Counted from the stretch's first letter, positions 39,571 to 48,604 are shown. The stretch is DNA of 64,000 nucleotides from an uncultured Candidatus Saccharibacteria bacterium (GCA_965231105.1 OZ246417.1:832908-896907), one strand, 5' to 3'. The notes: generated by a model not told the origin, from the sequence alone. Made by a program: numbers and translations.

Positions 39571-39591
39571 AAGGGCAAGGAGAACCCACCT

Positions 39592-41442
39592 ATGAGCGAT
39601 CAAGACAATAATCTACACGCAATGCGCCACTCTTTAGCGCATATTATGGCAACTGCAATTCAGAAACTTTGGCCAGAGGCTAAATTTGGTGTGGGCCCGG
39701 TGGTTGAGAATGGCTTTTATTACGATGTCGATTTGGGCCAACAAAGTATCTCAGAAGATGATTTTAAGAAGATAGAAGACGAGATGCGAGCTGTTATTAA
39801 GGCAGATGATACATTTGAGCGCTTCACAAAGCCCGTAGATGAAGCAATCGCATGGGCTCAAGAAAGCCAGCAGCCTTATAAAGAAGAGCTATTAAATGAC
39901 CTGAAGCGTGCTGGTACGACCGTTGCGAAAGATTTAAGTGCCGATGAGCTTGGTACGATCGCTGAAGGCGATGCTCAGGTAGAGGAGGTTTCTTTCTATA
40001 AGAATGGCAGCTTCACTGACCTCTGTCGGGGGCCTCATGTTGAATCAACGGGTAAGGTAGGGGCGTTTAAGCTTATGCGTGCTGCGGGCGCATACTGGCG
40101 CGGTAATGAAAAGAATGCGCAGATGCAACGTATTTATGGCGTTGCCTTTGAGAGTGAAGAAGAGCTTAAACAGTATCTTGAAATGCTTGAAGAAGCCAAA
40201 AGGCGTGATCACCGCAAGATAGGGCAGGAGATGGATCTGTTTGTCTTCTCTGATCTCGTTGGGCCTGGCTTACCTCTATGGACTCCTCGTGGAACTATCC
40301 TTAGAAAACAGCTCGATAACTTCGTACAGGAAATGCGCGATGAAGTAGGCTTTATGGAAGTATCTGTCCCGCATATTACCAAAAAGGATCTCTATATAAA
40401 GAGTGGACACTGGGATAAGTTTAGCGATGAACTCTTTAAGATCACCACCCGCGAAGGGCATGAGTTTGCTATGAAGCCCATGAACTGTCCGCACCATACT
40501 CAGATCTATGCGTCGTCTCAAAGGAGTTACCGAGATCTTCCTATTCGTTACCGCGAAACTACTACCTGTTACCGTGATGAGCAATCAGGGGAGCTTAATG
40601 GGCTAAGCCGAGTTCGTGCCTTTGCCCAGGATGATGCGCATATCTTCTGTCGACACAATCAGATTAAGCAGGAAATATTAAATCTGTGGGATATTGTTGA
40701 GCGCTTTTACGGCGTCTTTGGAATGGACTTATCCCTACGTGTATCTGTTAATGACCCGGATCAACAGGGCAAGTACTTAGGTGATCCTAAACTTTGGGAG
40801 AGCGCAGTAGCCGATCTTAAGACAATCGCTCAAGAAAAAGTGGGTGAGGACTATGAATTAGGTGTAGGTGAAGCCGCCTTTTACGGTCCAAAGCTTGATT
40901 TCATGAGTAAAGACGCGCTTGGCCGCACCTGGCAAGTAGCTACGATTCAGCTCGACTTCAACCAACCTGAAGGCTTTGACCTTACCTGCGTGAATGAAGA
41001 AGGGGAGAAAGAACGGATTGTTATGATCCACTGTGCCATCATGGGTTCAATTGAGCGCTTCCTTTCTATCATGATTGAGCATACGGCTGGCAAATTCCCA
41101 GTGTGGTTAGCCCCAGAACAGATTAGAATCGCCAGTGTAAACCAGGAAGAGGCAACGCTGCAATTTGTATCTGACCTTGCTGAAAAAGCTAAAGAGCTTG
41201 GCCTTAGGGCTGGGATCGATAACGATAACGAATCGGTCGGCAAGAAGATCCGTAATGCTGAAATGATAAAAGTCCCATACACGCTCATTATTGGCCAAAA
41301 GGAGATTGAGTCGGGCGAGGTTATTCCTCGAACTCGAAAAGACCTTGTTGTGCAGGAACTTAATCAAGCGATAGCAGCTCAAAACTTCTTAGAGTCAGTA
41401 GCTAATGAGGCGAAAACTCGCGTGAGCAAAAGCTCATTTTAG
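39592..41442 (+). CDS. thrS: Threonine--tRNA ligase (no N-terminal TGS domain)
   Basis: Start chosen at the ATG after AAGGAGAA; the track start 39514 lies inside the leader hairpin. HSLAHIMA editing-domain motif, class II core and anticodon-binding domain. Confidence 0.9.
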   Translation: MSDQDNNLHAMRHSLAHIMATAIQKLWPEAKFGVGPVVENGFYYDVDLGQQSISEDDFKKIEDEMRAVIKADDTFERFTKPVDEAIAWAQESQQPYKEELLNDLKRAGTTVAKDLSADELGTIAEGDAQVEEVSFYKNGSFTDLCRGPHVESTGKVGAFKLMRAAGAYWRGNEKNAQMQRIYGVAFESEEELKQYLEMLEEAKRRDHRKIGQEMDLFVFSDLVGPGLPLWTPRGTILRKQLDNFVQEMRDEVGFMEVSVPHITKKDLYIKSGHWDKFSDELFKITTREGHEFAMKPMNCPHHTQIYASSQRSYRDLPIRYRETTTCYRDEQSGELNGLSRVRAFAQDDAHIFCRHNQIKQEILNLWDIVERFYGVFGMDLSLRVSVNDPDQQGKYLGDPKLWESAVADLKTIAQEKVGEDYELGVGEAAFYGPKLDFMSKDALGRTWQVATIQLDFNQPEGFDLTCVNEEGEKERIVMIHCAIMGSIERFLSIMIEHTAGKFPVWLAPEQIRIASVNQEEATLQFVSDLAEKAKELGLRAGIDNDNESVGKKIRNAEMIKVPYTLIIGQKEIESGEVIPRTRKDLVVQELNQAIAAQNFLESVANEAKTRVSKSSF

Positions 41443-41445
41443 GAT

Positions 41446-41781
41446 ATGCGAGCGGATAAGCAATTTGCAGAACGCGTCTATGCACTGGTGGCTCAGATAC
41501 CAAAGGGCAGGGTTATGGCCTACGGTCAGATTGCTGCGCTTTGTGGTAACGCCAGGGCTGCCCGTATTGTTGGGGGTATTGCCCATTTCGGCCCTCCTGA
41601 TCTGCCGTGGCAACGGGTTGTTAACAAGAAGGGCGGTTTAGCTGCAGGCTACTATGGTGGACGCGAGGGGCAGAAACGAGATTTGGAAGCAGAAGGTGTG
41701 ACGGTACAGGGCGAAGACGGTAATTATTGGGTGGATATAGGGAGTTTGCTATGGGAGCCATACGCCAACAAACTCCTTTAA
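41446..41781 (+). CDS. Alkyltransferase-like (ATL) protein, MGMT DNA-binding domain without the catalytic Cys
   Basis: IPKGRVMAYGQIA...PWQRVV, where active MGMT has PCHRV. Confidence 0.7.
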   Translation: MRADKQFAERVYALVAQIPKGRVMAYGQIAALCGNARAARIVGGIAHFGPPDLPWQRVVNKKGGLAAGYYGGREGQKRDLEAEGVTVQGEDGNYWVDIGSLLWEPYANKLL

Positions 41782-42536
41782 TTGCTATTGTTGGCGAGAC
41801 TGCATCGGGCAAGAGTGCATTAGCACTCTCCTTAGCAGAGCGCTATAACGGTGAGATCATCTGTGCTGACTCTCGCACAGTCTATAAAGGTATGGATATT
41901 GGCACAGCTAAGCCATCGAAAGAAGAACAGGCTCGAATACCACACCATTTGCTTGATGTTGTGAAGCCTAATGAAAAGTTCAATGTTGCCGAATTTAAGC
42001 GCTTAGCCAATCAGGCAATTGAAGATATAACGAACAGAGGTAAGCTACCAATCTTGGTAGGTGGCACCGGTCTCTATATCGATGCAGTCTTGTTTGATTA
42101 TCAGTTTAGTTCCGTGGATTCAGAAAAAGATTCAGTGAATCCTCGGCACTTAAAAGAGCCACTTCCATCGAATGCAGAACTACGAGCTCAAAGCTTAATT
42201 CTCGGTTTATCTATATCGAAAGATGAGATTAATCTCCGTATTGAGAAGCGGGTAAGGGCAATGATTGAACATGGACTAGAGCAAGAAGTAAGGAATCTCA
42301 GTAATCAATATGGCTGGGATACAGAAGCTATGACGGGTGTTGGTTACCGTGAATGGCAGGCATACTTTGCGGGCAATCAAACTTTAGCAGAAACAGCACA
42401 GCTTATTACAATCCACACGAGGCAGTACGCAAAAAGACAACGCACCTGGTTTAGGCGCAACAAATATATACACTGGATTTCTACCTCTGAGGGAGCAATT
42501 CCTTTTGTTGAACAATTTTTAGAAAATCAAGCCTAA
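41751..42536 (+). CDS. miaA: tRNA dimethylallyltransferase
   Basis: IAIVGETASGKSALAL P-loop, DSRTVYKGMDIGTAKP, and RQYAKRQRTWFRR near the C-terminus. Confidence 0.85.
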   Translation: MGAIRQQTPLIAIVGETASGKSALALSLAERYNGEIICADSRTVYKGMDIGTAKPSKEEQARIPHHLLDVVKPNEKFNVAEFKRLANQAIEDITNRGKLPILVGGTGLYIDAVLFDYQFSSVDSEKDSVNPRHLKEPLPSNAELRAQSLILGLSISKDEINLRIEKRVRAMIEHGLEQEVRNLSNQYGWDTEAMTGVGYREWQAYFAGNQTLAETAQLITIHTRQYAKRQRTWFRRNKYIHWISTSEGAIPFVEQFLENQA

Positions 42537-42548
42537 TTCCCGAGCACA

Positions 42549-43184
42549 TTGTCTGCTACAATAGAGAGCATGATTGAACAGTTGTTTGGGAGTAAGACAC
42601 GGGTTAAATTGCTCCGATTATTTTATAGCAACCCGAACCGCTCATTCTATGTACGTGAAATTACTCGAAAAGTTGATGAGCAGATAAATTCTGTGCGCCG
42701 TGAGCTTGGCAACCTACTCAGCATCGGTATCATTGCATCCGATACTACAAACAACCGACTGTACTATGAAGTAAACCAAGAATATGAGTTCTTTAAACCA
42801 CTGCAAGAAATCTTTGGTGGCGGTGAAGTTGTTACTGAAGAGAATGAAAAAGAAGTCGTTGTACCGGCCAAACAGAAAGTAGATCCAATTGTGGCAGACT
42901 TGATGGCTGTTGGTAATATTGAACTCGCGCTGTTAACGGGCCAGTTTACTCGCGATGAAGCCAGCGGTATTGATATGTTGGTGGTGGGGGATGTAAACCA
43001 AACCAAGATGCAGAAGTTTGTGACCGCCCTGGAAGAGAAGGAGAAGAAGGAAATTCGTTATGTGGTTATGCCACATACCGAGTTTACCTATCGTCGACAG
43101 GTAAAAGACCGGTTTATTAGTAGCGTGATGGCGTCCAAACAACAGATATTAATTGATAAGCGGCCGGCAGCCGAAAAGGAGTAA
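42549..43184 (+). CDS. Winged-helix transcriptional regulator-like protein
   Basis: GSKTRVKLLRLFYSNPNRSFYVREITRKV...INSVRRELGNL wHTH-like N-terminus. TTG start in the track; an alternative ATG lies at 42570. Confidence 0.5.
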   Translation: MSATIESMIEQLFGSKTRVKLLRLFYSNPNRSFYVREITRKVDEQINSVRRELGNLLSIGIIASDTTNNRLYYEVNQEYEFFKPLQEIFGGGEVVTEENEKEVVVPAKQKVDPIVADLMAVGNIELALLTGQFTRDEASGIDMLVVGDVNQTKMQKFVTALEEKEKKEIRYVVMPHTEFTYRRQVKDRFISSVMASKQQILIDKRPAAEKE

Positions 43185-43191
43185 AACAAAC

Positions 43192-43815
43192 ATGGAATTC
43201 CAATTTTATGGTGGCAACTGCATTCGTATTAATACGAAGCAAGCTACATTTATTATCGATGATAATCTTAAAGAGTTTGGCGTGAAGAGTATTGTTAAGC
43301 CCGATGACATTGCCCTCTATACTCATGTGCCTGCACAACCAGCCGGGGCTCGTTTAGTTATTACCGATCCGGGAGAATATGAGGTTTCAGAGGTATCAAT
43401 CTTTGGTATTGCCGCCCGTGCTCATATGGATGAAGCAGGCCAGAAGACAGCTACTATCTATAAGCTCCAGTATGATGACACGCGCGTTGCCATTCTTGGC
43501 CATATATACCCAGATCTTACCGAAGATCAGCTCGAAGAGATCGGCAATGTTGATATCTTATTTATTCCTGTGGGGGGCAGTGGTTACACACTCGATGCGG
43601 TAGGAGCAGCGAAGCTTATTAAAAAGATCGAACCAAAGGTAGTTATTCCAACGCACTACGATGATAAGGCGTTAAAATACGAAGTTCCTCAGGCGCCTCT
43701 CGATGAGGCCTTGAAGGTGCTGGCAATGGAACCAAAGGACCGCATAGCAAAGTTTAAGCCAAAGCCAACAGATTATACTGAGACAACTCAACTTATTGTG
43801 CTTGAGAAGCAGTAA
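43192..43815 (+). CDS. MBL-fold (UPF0173-like) hydrolase
   Basis: MEFQFYGGNCIRI start and a ...VVIPTHYDD C-terminal motif. Start moved to the ATG at 43192. Confidence 0.45.
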   Translation: MEFQFYGGNCIRINTKQATFIIDDNLKEFGVKSIVKPDDIALYTHVPAQPAGARLVITDPGEYEVSEVSIFGIAARAHMDEAGQKTATIYKLQYDDTRVAILGHIYPDLTEDQLEEIGNVDILFIPVGGSGYTLDAVGAAKLIKKIEPKVVIPTHYDDKALKYEVPQAPLDEALKVLAMEPKDRIAKFKPKPTDYTETTQLIVLEKQ

Positions 43816-43839
43816 ACTCAGTCACTTAATCAGGTAATA

Positions 43840-43864
43840 AAAAACGGCCCCGAAGGGCCGTTTT
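43840..43864. terminator. Bidirectional rho-independent terminator
   Basis: AAAAACGGCCC-CGAA-GGGCCGTTTT between convergent genes. Confidence 0.7.
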
Positions 43865-43881
43865 AACTATTCAATCGAAGT

Positions 43882-44073
43882 TTAGGCTAACAGGCCTTTT
43901 TTCTTGAGTGTGCGGATAGCTTGGGTAGAAAGCTTCATAGTCACTTTCTTGCCATCAACAACTAAAGTCTTGGTCTGGAGGTTTGGTTTCCAAATTTTTT
44001 GGGTATGGCGCTGCGAGAAGCTCACATTGTGGCCGTATTGCTTGCCTTTACCAGTTAATTCACATCGTTGCAT
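43882..44073 (-). CDS. rpmB: 50S ribosomal protein L28
   Basis: MQRCELTGKGKQYGHNVSFSQRHTQKIWKPNLQ. Confidence 0.9.
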   Translation of the reverse strand: MQRCELTGKGKQYGHNVSFSQRHTQKIWKPNLQTKTLVVDGKKVTMKLSTQAIRTLKKKGLLA

Positions 44074-44093
44074 AGGGGTGTATTGTATCTGTT

Positions 44094-45005
44094 TTAAGTA
44101 ATTTGGTCAAGCCTATCATCGCTAGCATGAACAAAGATGCGATGAAGCCAGCGACGTTCACTGTTCCTAGTGTTGGGTCGAAAAGGGCTTCGGCTGTGCG
44201 GTGTAAGCTTATTCGGTATAATAAGCATCTCTCCTGGCTCAAGCCGTATGTCAGTGGCAATTCCGCCCAACGTTTGGCGAACATTTGTAAGAGCAGCTTT
44301 AGCCGCTTCATGATCGTCGGCGATACTCATATCAGTACCGAGTCGGATGATTGGCTGACCATCTTCTTCCTCTATAACGGGACTGACTCGCTTATCAAGA
44401 TCTTCTTCAACTCGACCGCGGTAAAAATTGTAGCGGGGTTCTCGCAATACTTCTATATCAGCCTCGCTCAAGAGACTAAGGAGTCGTGGAAAATGAGCGA
44501 CACGCGTTGAAGCAAGTTCATCATTCCTTATGCACGCCAACATAACTGTGTCAGGAACTTGGCTGAAGTTTGGGTTATATGCTTGATCGGTATGGAATTC
44601 GAAATTTTGAGTAGACCCATAGCTTGAGTTGGGACGCTCCAATGCATCATCTCGTGGGAAGATATCCTGAATAATAACCCCATCGCGCTGGTCTTTTAGC
44701 CCGAAAGCTTGGCCGTACGAAGAGGCAATCGTAAGGTGGAGTAATCCTAATCTACTCAGGCCCTGTTCACTGGCGGGGCCATATGACGCAGGAGTGGGCA
44801 GGGCATAACCCCGAGTAAAACGACTTCGTTGCTCTTCTGAAAGCTCAAAGATAGTTGCAGTTTCAGGCGTTGATTGTCGTAACGGAGCATTCTGTGCTAC
44901 CCATAATGCTGCTTGTTGCTGGTTTCCGGGCGCAAGTAATTCGGCGTCTGCAGATAATGCAAAGCCAATAAAAACATCATTAACGGGGAGCCGTTCTATA
45001 TTCAT
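44094..45005 (-). CDS. Fe(II)/2-oxoglutarate-dependent oxygenase, TauD / clavaminate-synthase-like
   Basis: 303 aa with FEFHTDQAY (HxD facial-triad motif) and a distal TPHSRSPFRP (His/Arg). Assigned by motif pattern only. Confidence 0.5.
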   Translation of the reverse strand: MNIERLPVNDVFIGFALSADAELLAPGNQQQAALWVAQNAPLRQSTPETATIFELSEEQRSRFTRGYALPTPASYGPASEQGLSRLGLLHLTIASSYGQAFGLKDQRDGVIIQDIFPRDDALERPNSSYGSTQNFEFHTDQAYNPNFSQVPDTVMLACIRNDELASTRVAHFPRLLSLLSEADIEVLREPRYNFYRGRVEEDLDKRVSPVIEEEDGQPIIRLGTDMSIADDHEAAKAALTNVRQTLGGIATDIRLEPGEMLIIPNKLTPHSRSPFRPNTRNSERRWLHRIFVHASDDRLDQIT

Positions 45006-45074
45006 TTATTTTATTATGACATAATTTTATTTCATTTTAAAGTCCTTCACGAAGACTGCTATACTTAAAGGACG

Positions 45075-45704
45075 ATGTTTAGTGATCTGAGTGGACTTCA
45101 AATTCTTTTTCTTATCATCTCACTGCTTGTTGCGATGAGTACGCATGAAGCGATGCATGCATTTGCAGGTCACGCCTTAGGTGATACAACCGCACATGAA
45201 CAGGGACGTTTAACCCTTAATCCTCTAAAGCATATAGACCTCTTCACGACTCTTTTACTCCCGGTGGTTTTGATCCTGATGGGGCTACCACCTATCTTTG
45301 CTGCCAAGCCCGTACCATTTAATCCGGACCGGGTACGACATGATGAATTTGGGGTGGCAATCGTGGGCGTTGCGGGGCCACTTACTAATCTCGCGCTCGC
45401 ATGCGTAAGCGCCCTTTTATTTAGGACGCTTCCTTCACTGACTAATACCACCTCTGATTTCTTAGTGATCTTTACGCTCGTGAACGTGTCTTTGTTTGTC
45501 TTTAATATGATTCCATTCCCACCATTAGATGGTTCTCGCGTGCTCTATGCATTTGCGCCAGAGCCTCTGCAGAAACTTATGCTCACTATTGAGCAGTTTG
45601 GCTTTGCCTCAATACTTATCTTTATATTCTTTATCTTCCAGTTTATTGGCCCAACAATTTTAAATCTCAATGAAAGCCTTTTGCGCGTGCTCCTGGGTGT
45701 ATAA
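45075..45704 (+). CDS. Site-2 protease family (M50) membrane metalloprotease
   Basis: HEAMHAFAGH (HExxH) in a TM helix, with a distal NMIPFPPLDG motif. Confidence 0.7.
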   Translation: MFSDLSGLQILFLIISLLVAMSTHEAMHAFAGHALGDTTAHEQGRLTLNPLKHIDLFTTLLLPVVLILMGLPPIFAAKPVPFNPDRVRHDEFGVAIVGVAGPLTNLALACVSALLFRTLPSLTNTTSDFLVIFTLVNVSLFVFNMIPFPPLDGSRVLYAFAPEPLQKLMLTIEQFGFASILIFIFFIFQFIGPTILNLNESLLRVLLGV

Positions 45705-45866
45705 TAGATTGTAGGCTGGGATGTTTCGGCCATATGATAATCTGAATACTTATCATACGGGAGCCTAAGATTTGGATTGACCGTGGTTGATCCGTGAGGG
45801 CACCCACCTGGGTACTACATTCCAGGTTGTCATGCCGAATCCCAGCTTTTTAATAGGAAAAATATC

Positions 45867-46271
45867 ATGCCGTCATTTGATTTTGGTGGGAAGCTCGTGA
45901 GACATAAGATACCCCAACGTATGCGGGAAAATGGTACAAGAGTAGACACTACTACGGTAAGGGGCGAGCGGCTTGAGCATGCACTCGACGAAAAGTTTGA
46001 TGAGGAAAGTGATGAGCTGCGAAAAGCGCGAACGAGAGAAAAGAAATTAGGCGAAATCGTGGACGTCATGCAAGCACTCTACGATATGGCGAAGGTACAA
46101 TGTGGGGTGGGCGAAGAAGAGCTGGATGAACTACGGCAGGCAAAGGAAAGGGAATTTGGTGGGTTTTCTGCGGGAGTCTGTGTTGAAGTGGTTACCATGA
46201 CAGACGAGGATCCGTATGTAGAGCATTGCCGAAACAATCCAGATAGATATCCAGAGGTAGGTCAGGTATAA
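45867..46271 (+). CDS. MazG-like / PRA-PH-like nucleotide pyrophosphohydrolase
   Basis: GKLVRHKIPQRM... and an EExxE-rich helix DEKFDEESDEL...EIVDVMQALYDMA. Confidence 0.45.
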   Translation: MPSFDFGGKLVRHKIPQRMRENGTRVDTTTVRGERLEHALDEKFDEESDELRKARTREKKLGEIVDVMQALYDMAKVQCGVGEEELDELRQAKEREFGGFSAGVCVEVVTMTDEDPYVEHCRNNPDRYPEVGQV

Positions 46272-46284
46272 TGCCTGTTCGTAA

Positions 46285-46361
46285 CAGGGTGTAGCTTAGT
46301 TGGCTAAAGCGCAGGGCTGGGGGTCCTGAGACCGGAGGTTCAAGTCCTCTCACCCTGACCA
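46285..46361 (+). tRNA. tRNA-Pro (anticodon GGG)
   Basis: C1:G72 acceptor CAGGGTG/CACCCTG, anticodon loop CTGGGGG, GGTTCAAGTCC T-arm, encoded CCA. Confidence 0.85.
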
Positions 46362-46376
46362 TGATAAGATATAGGT

Positions 46377-47057
46377 ATGTGGCAAAAACAAAACAACCAG
46401 TTATACAAAGAATTTACCTTTAAAGACTTTAAAGAAGCCTTCTCCTTTATGGAGCAGGTGGCTAAAGTGGCGGAGCGGTTAAACCATCATCCACGTTGGC
46501 TTAATGAGTGGAATAAAGTCCAGTTTTGGTTGTTCTCTCATAGTGCGGGAGAAATTACTGAAAAAGACGAGCAGTTAGCCAAGGAAATAGACCATCTCTT
46601 TGAGCATCTACATAGGCTTAAAGAAGAAGCACCATTGCCGCAACTTGATGAGATAAAAATCTTTGCCGATGGTGGCTCGAGAGGCAATCCTGGACCGTCT
46701 GCAGGTGGCTTTGTTATCTTGGATATGGAAGATAACGTTGTTAAAAAGTCTGGTAAATATTTAGGCTTCACCACCAACAATCAGGCTGAGTACCATTCTA
46801 TTAAGGGTGGTTTAGAGGCTGCTATAAAGATGAATGCACGCACGGTGCATGTGTATATGGACAGTATGTTGGTCGTAAATCAGATGAAGGGTATTTTTAA
46901 GGTTAAGAACCGGGATCTTTTGCCCATCCATGATGCCATCAAAGCCCTCACCACGCAGTTTCAATACGTAGAATTCACGCATGTTCCTCGGGAGCTCAAC
47001 AAACTTGCTGATGCGGTAGTCAACGAAACGCTCGACGCCGAAGCTAAAAAAGCATAA
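46377..47057 (+). CDS. Fusion protein: pterin-4a-carbinolamine dehydratase (PCD/DCoH)-like domain + RNase H domain
   Basis: N-terminal half: FKDFKEAFSFMEQVAKVAERLNHHPRW...V.F.L.SH (PCD signature). C-terminal half: FADGGSRGNPGPS...NNQAEY...MDS...NKLADA (DEDD RNase H pattern). Confidence 0.75.
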   Translation: MWQKQNNQLYKEFTFKDFKEAFSFMEQVAKVAERLNHHPRWLNEWNKVQFWLFSHSAGEITEKDEQLAKEIDHLFEHLHRLKEEAPLPQLDEIKIFADGGSRGNPGPSAGGFVILDMEDNVVKKSGKYLGFTTNNQAEYHSIKGGLEAAIKMNARTVHVYMDSMLVVNQMKGIFKVKNRDLLPIHDAIKALTTQFQYVEFTHVPRELNKLADAVVNETLDAEAKKA

Positions 47058-47060
47058 ACG

Positions 47061-47069
47061 TGGTATAAT
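47061..47069 (+). promoter_or_regulatory. Candidate extended -10 (TGgTATAAT) for rnpB
   Basis: Ends 6 nt before the inferred RNase P RNA 5' end. Confidence 0.4.
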
Positions 47070-47075
47070 AAGGCT

Positions 47076-47415
47076 GTCAGGTTACCGGCTGATCGCGCGA
47101 AGGTTTACCTTTGCGAGGAAAGTCCGGGCAGCGCAGGGTAGTGCTGTTGCTAACGGCAACCGAAGGAAACTTCAGGGAAAGTGCCACAGAAACGAAACCG
47201 CCTGTTTACAGGTAAGGATGAAACGAGTGGGGTAAGAGCCCACAGCATCTCATGGTGACATGAGACGAAGGTAAACCCAGTACGCTGCAAGGAGAACATG
47301 TTCCATTAAGGTTACCCGCCGGAGCATTTTCATAAAAACCGCTTGATATGTCGAGTAATCGGCACGCTAGATAGATGATCGGCTAAAACAGAACCCGGCT
47401 TACTAGTAACCTGAC
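47076..47415 (+). ncRNA. rnpB: RNase P RNA (bacterial type)
   Basis: GAGGAAAGTCCGGGC and ACAGAACCCGGCTTA universal motifs. The terminal P1 pairing is GTCAGGTTAC...GTAACCTGAC. Confidence 0.85.
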
Positions 47416-47420
47416 ATAAA

Positions 47421-47449
47421 AAATCCTCCTGCGTAAGGAGGATTTTTCT
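47421..47449. terminator. Bidirectional terminator between rnpB and rplT
   Basis: AAAAAATCCTCC-TGCGTAA-GGAGGATTTTTCTTT. Confidence 0.65.
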
Positions 47450-47464
47450 TTCTCTAGAATCTTC

Positions 47465-47809
47465 TTACTTCTGAGCGGCTTTTACTACGGCTTCAAAAGC
47501 CTTTGGCTCTGAAACGGCAAGGTCAGCAAGAACTTTACGGTCTAGGCTGATATTGGCAGCCTTAAGGCCAGCAATAAGCTTAGAGTAGGTTGTGCCATTA
47601 AGACGAGCAGCAGCATTGATACGTGCATTCCATAGGGTGCGGAAGGTGCGCTTCTTATTACGACGATCGCGGGTAGCGTGCTGAAGGCCCTTTACAACAG
47701 CCTGACGACCACGGCGGACACTTGAACGGTTACCGAGGGTCATACCCTTGGTGGCTTTACGAATCTTGTGGTGGCGTGCGTGAGCGGTAACGCCTCGTTT
47801 AACTCTCAT
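47465..47809 (-). CDS. rplT: 50S ribosomal protein L20
   Basis: [22 protein letters not shown]... Confidence 0.95.
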   Translation of the reverse strand: MRVKRGVTAHARHHKIRKATKGMTLGNRSSVRRGRQAVVKGLQHATRDRRNKKRTFRTLWNARINAAARLNGTTYSKLIAGLKAANISLDRKVLADLAVSEPKAFEAVVKAAQK

Positions 47810-47813
47810 GGAT

Positions 47814-48008
47814 TTAAGCTCCTAATTTCAACTTAAGGTTTTTCGCAGACTTGCCGGTAACAGCCTGAAGTCCATCAAAGGTGCGCTTGCGTGAAGCGCG
47901 CTTCTTCTGAAGTAGGTGATTACCACTTGCATGACGAACGAGCACCTTGCCATTCTTGGTGATGCGAACACGGCGTTTTGTACCGCTATGAGTTTTTAGT
48001 TTGGGCAT
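47814..48008 (-). CDS. rpmI: 50S ribosomal protein L35
   Basis: [22 protein letters not shown]... Confidence 0.9.
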   Translation of the reverse strand: MPKLKTHSGTKRRVRITKNGKVLVRHASGNHLLQKKRASRKRTFDGLQAVTGKSAKNLKLKLGA

Positions 48009-48516
48009 TCTGAGTGCTCCTTATCATGAATATTAATTGTTTGCCGTTGAGCTGCGGTTGAGAGTCAACTGCAACGGTGCCATTAAAGCTTTCAATAATA
48101 CGGTCTGCGAGCTTAAAGCCGAGTTCGCGGTGTGCGTTCTCGCGGCCGCGGTAGACAATAGCAATCTTCACTTTGTCTCCGTCATCGAGGAAGCTCTGGA
48201 CTTTGCGAAGTTTTACGCCCATATCATGGTCGCTAATCTTCAGCCCGAAGCGCATTTGCTTTACTTCCTGGACTTTGGCATTCCGTTTGTTCTTTTGAAG
48301 CTGCTTCGTACGCTGGTAATTATATTTGCCCCAGTCGACGATCTTGGCTACCGGTGGGTTAGCTTCTGGAGAGATTTCTATCAAGTCTAATTCAGCTTCG
48401 CGGGCTGCTTGCAATGCCTCAGCACGGGACATAATCCCTAAAGATTGGCCTTGCTCATCAATGACCCTTAATTCTGGTGCCCGAATCTGTTCATTCAGGC
48501 GCGTGAACTTACTGAT
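47986..48516 (-). CDS. infC: Translation initiation factor IF-3, probable non-AUG (AUC) start
   Basis: The track begins at an internal Met (48432). The frame stays open upstream to a TAG, encoding ISKFTRLNEQIRAPELRVIDEQGQSLG, the conserved IF3 N-terminus. AAAGGAG lies 9 nt before the ATC at 48516. Confidence 0.8.
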   Translation of the reverse strand: MSKFTRLNEQIRAPELRVIDEQGQSLGIMSRAEALQAAREAELDLIEISPEANPPVAKIVDWGKYNYQRTKQLQKNKRNAKVQEVKQMRFGLKISDHDMGVKLRKVQSFLDDGDKVKIAIVYRGRENAHRELGFKLADRIIESFNGTVAVDSQPQLNGKQLIFMIRSTQNAQTKNS

Positions 48517-48604
48517 AGACTATTTCTCCTTTAGCCGACCTAACGGTTTGTTAGACATTCTAACAGATGGAGCATAAGAGGTCAACAAGCTTACGCAGAA
48601 TACT

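Noticed and set aside
39360-39578. 72 aa minus-strand ORF, and the 26-codon N-terminal extension of thrS (39514..39591)
   Set aside because: Both overlap the structured leader and terminator hairpin. The ATG at 39592 has a proper AAGGAG RBS and matches where ThrRS homology begins.
45705-45866. Possible riboswitch upstream of the MazG-like gene
   Set aside because: It contains small hairpins (TATGATAA/TTATCATA; ACCTGG/CCAGGT). I could not match it to any known riboswitch consensus, so the evidence is too weak to report as a feature.
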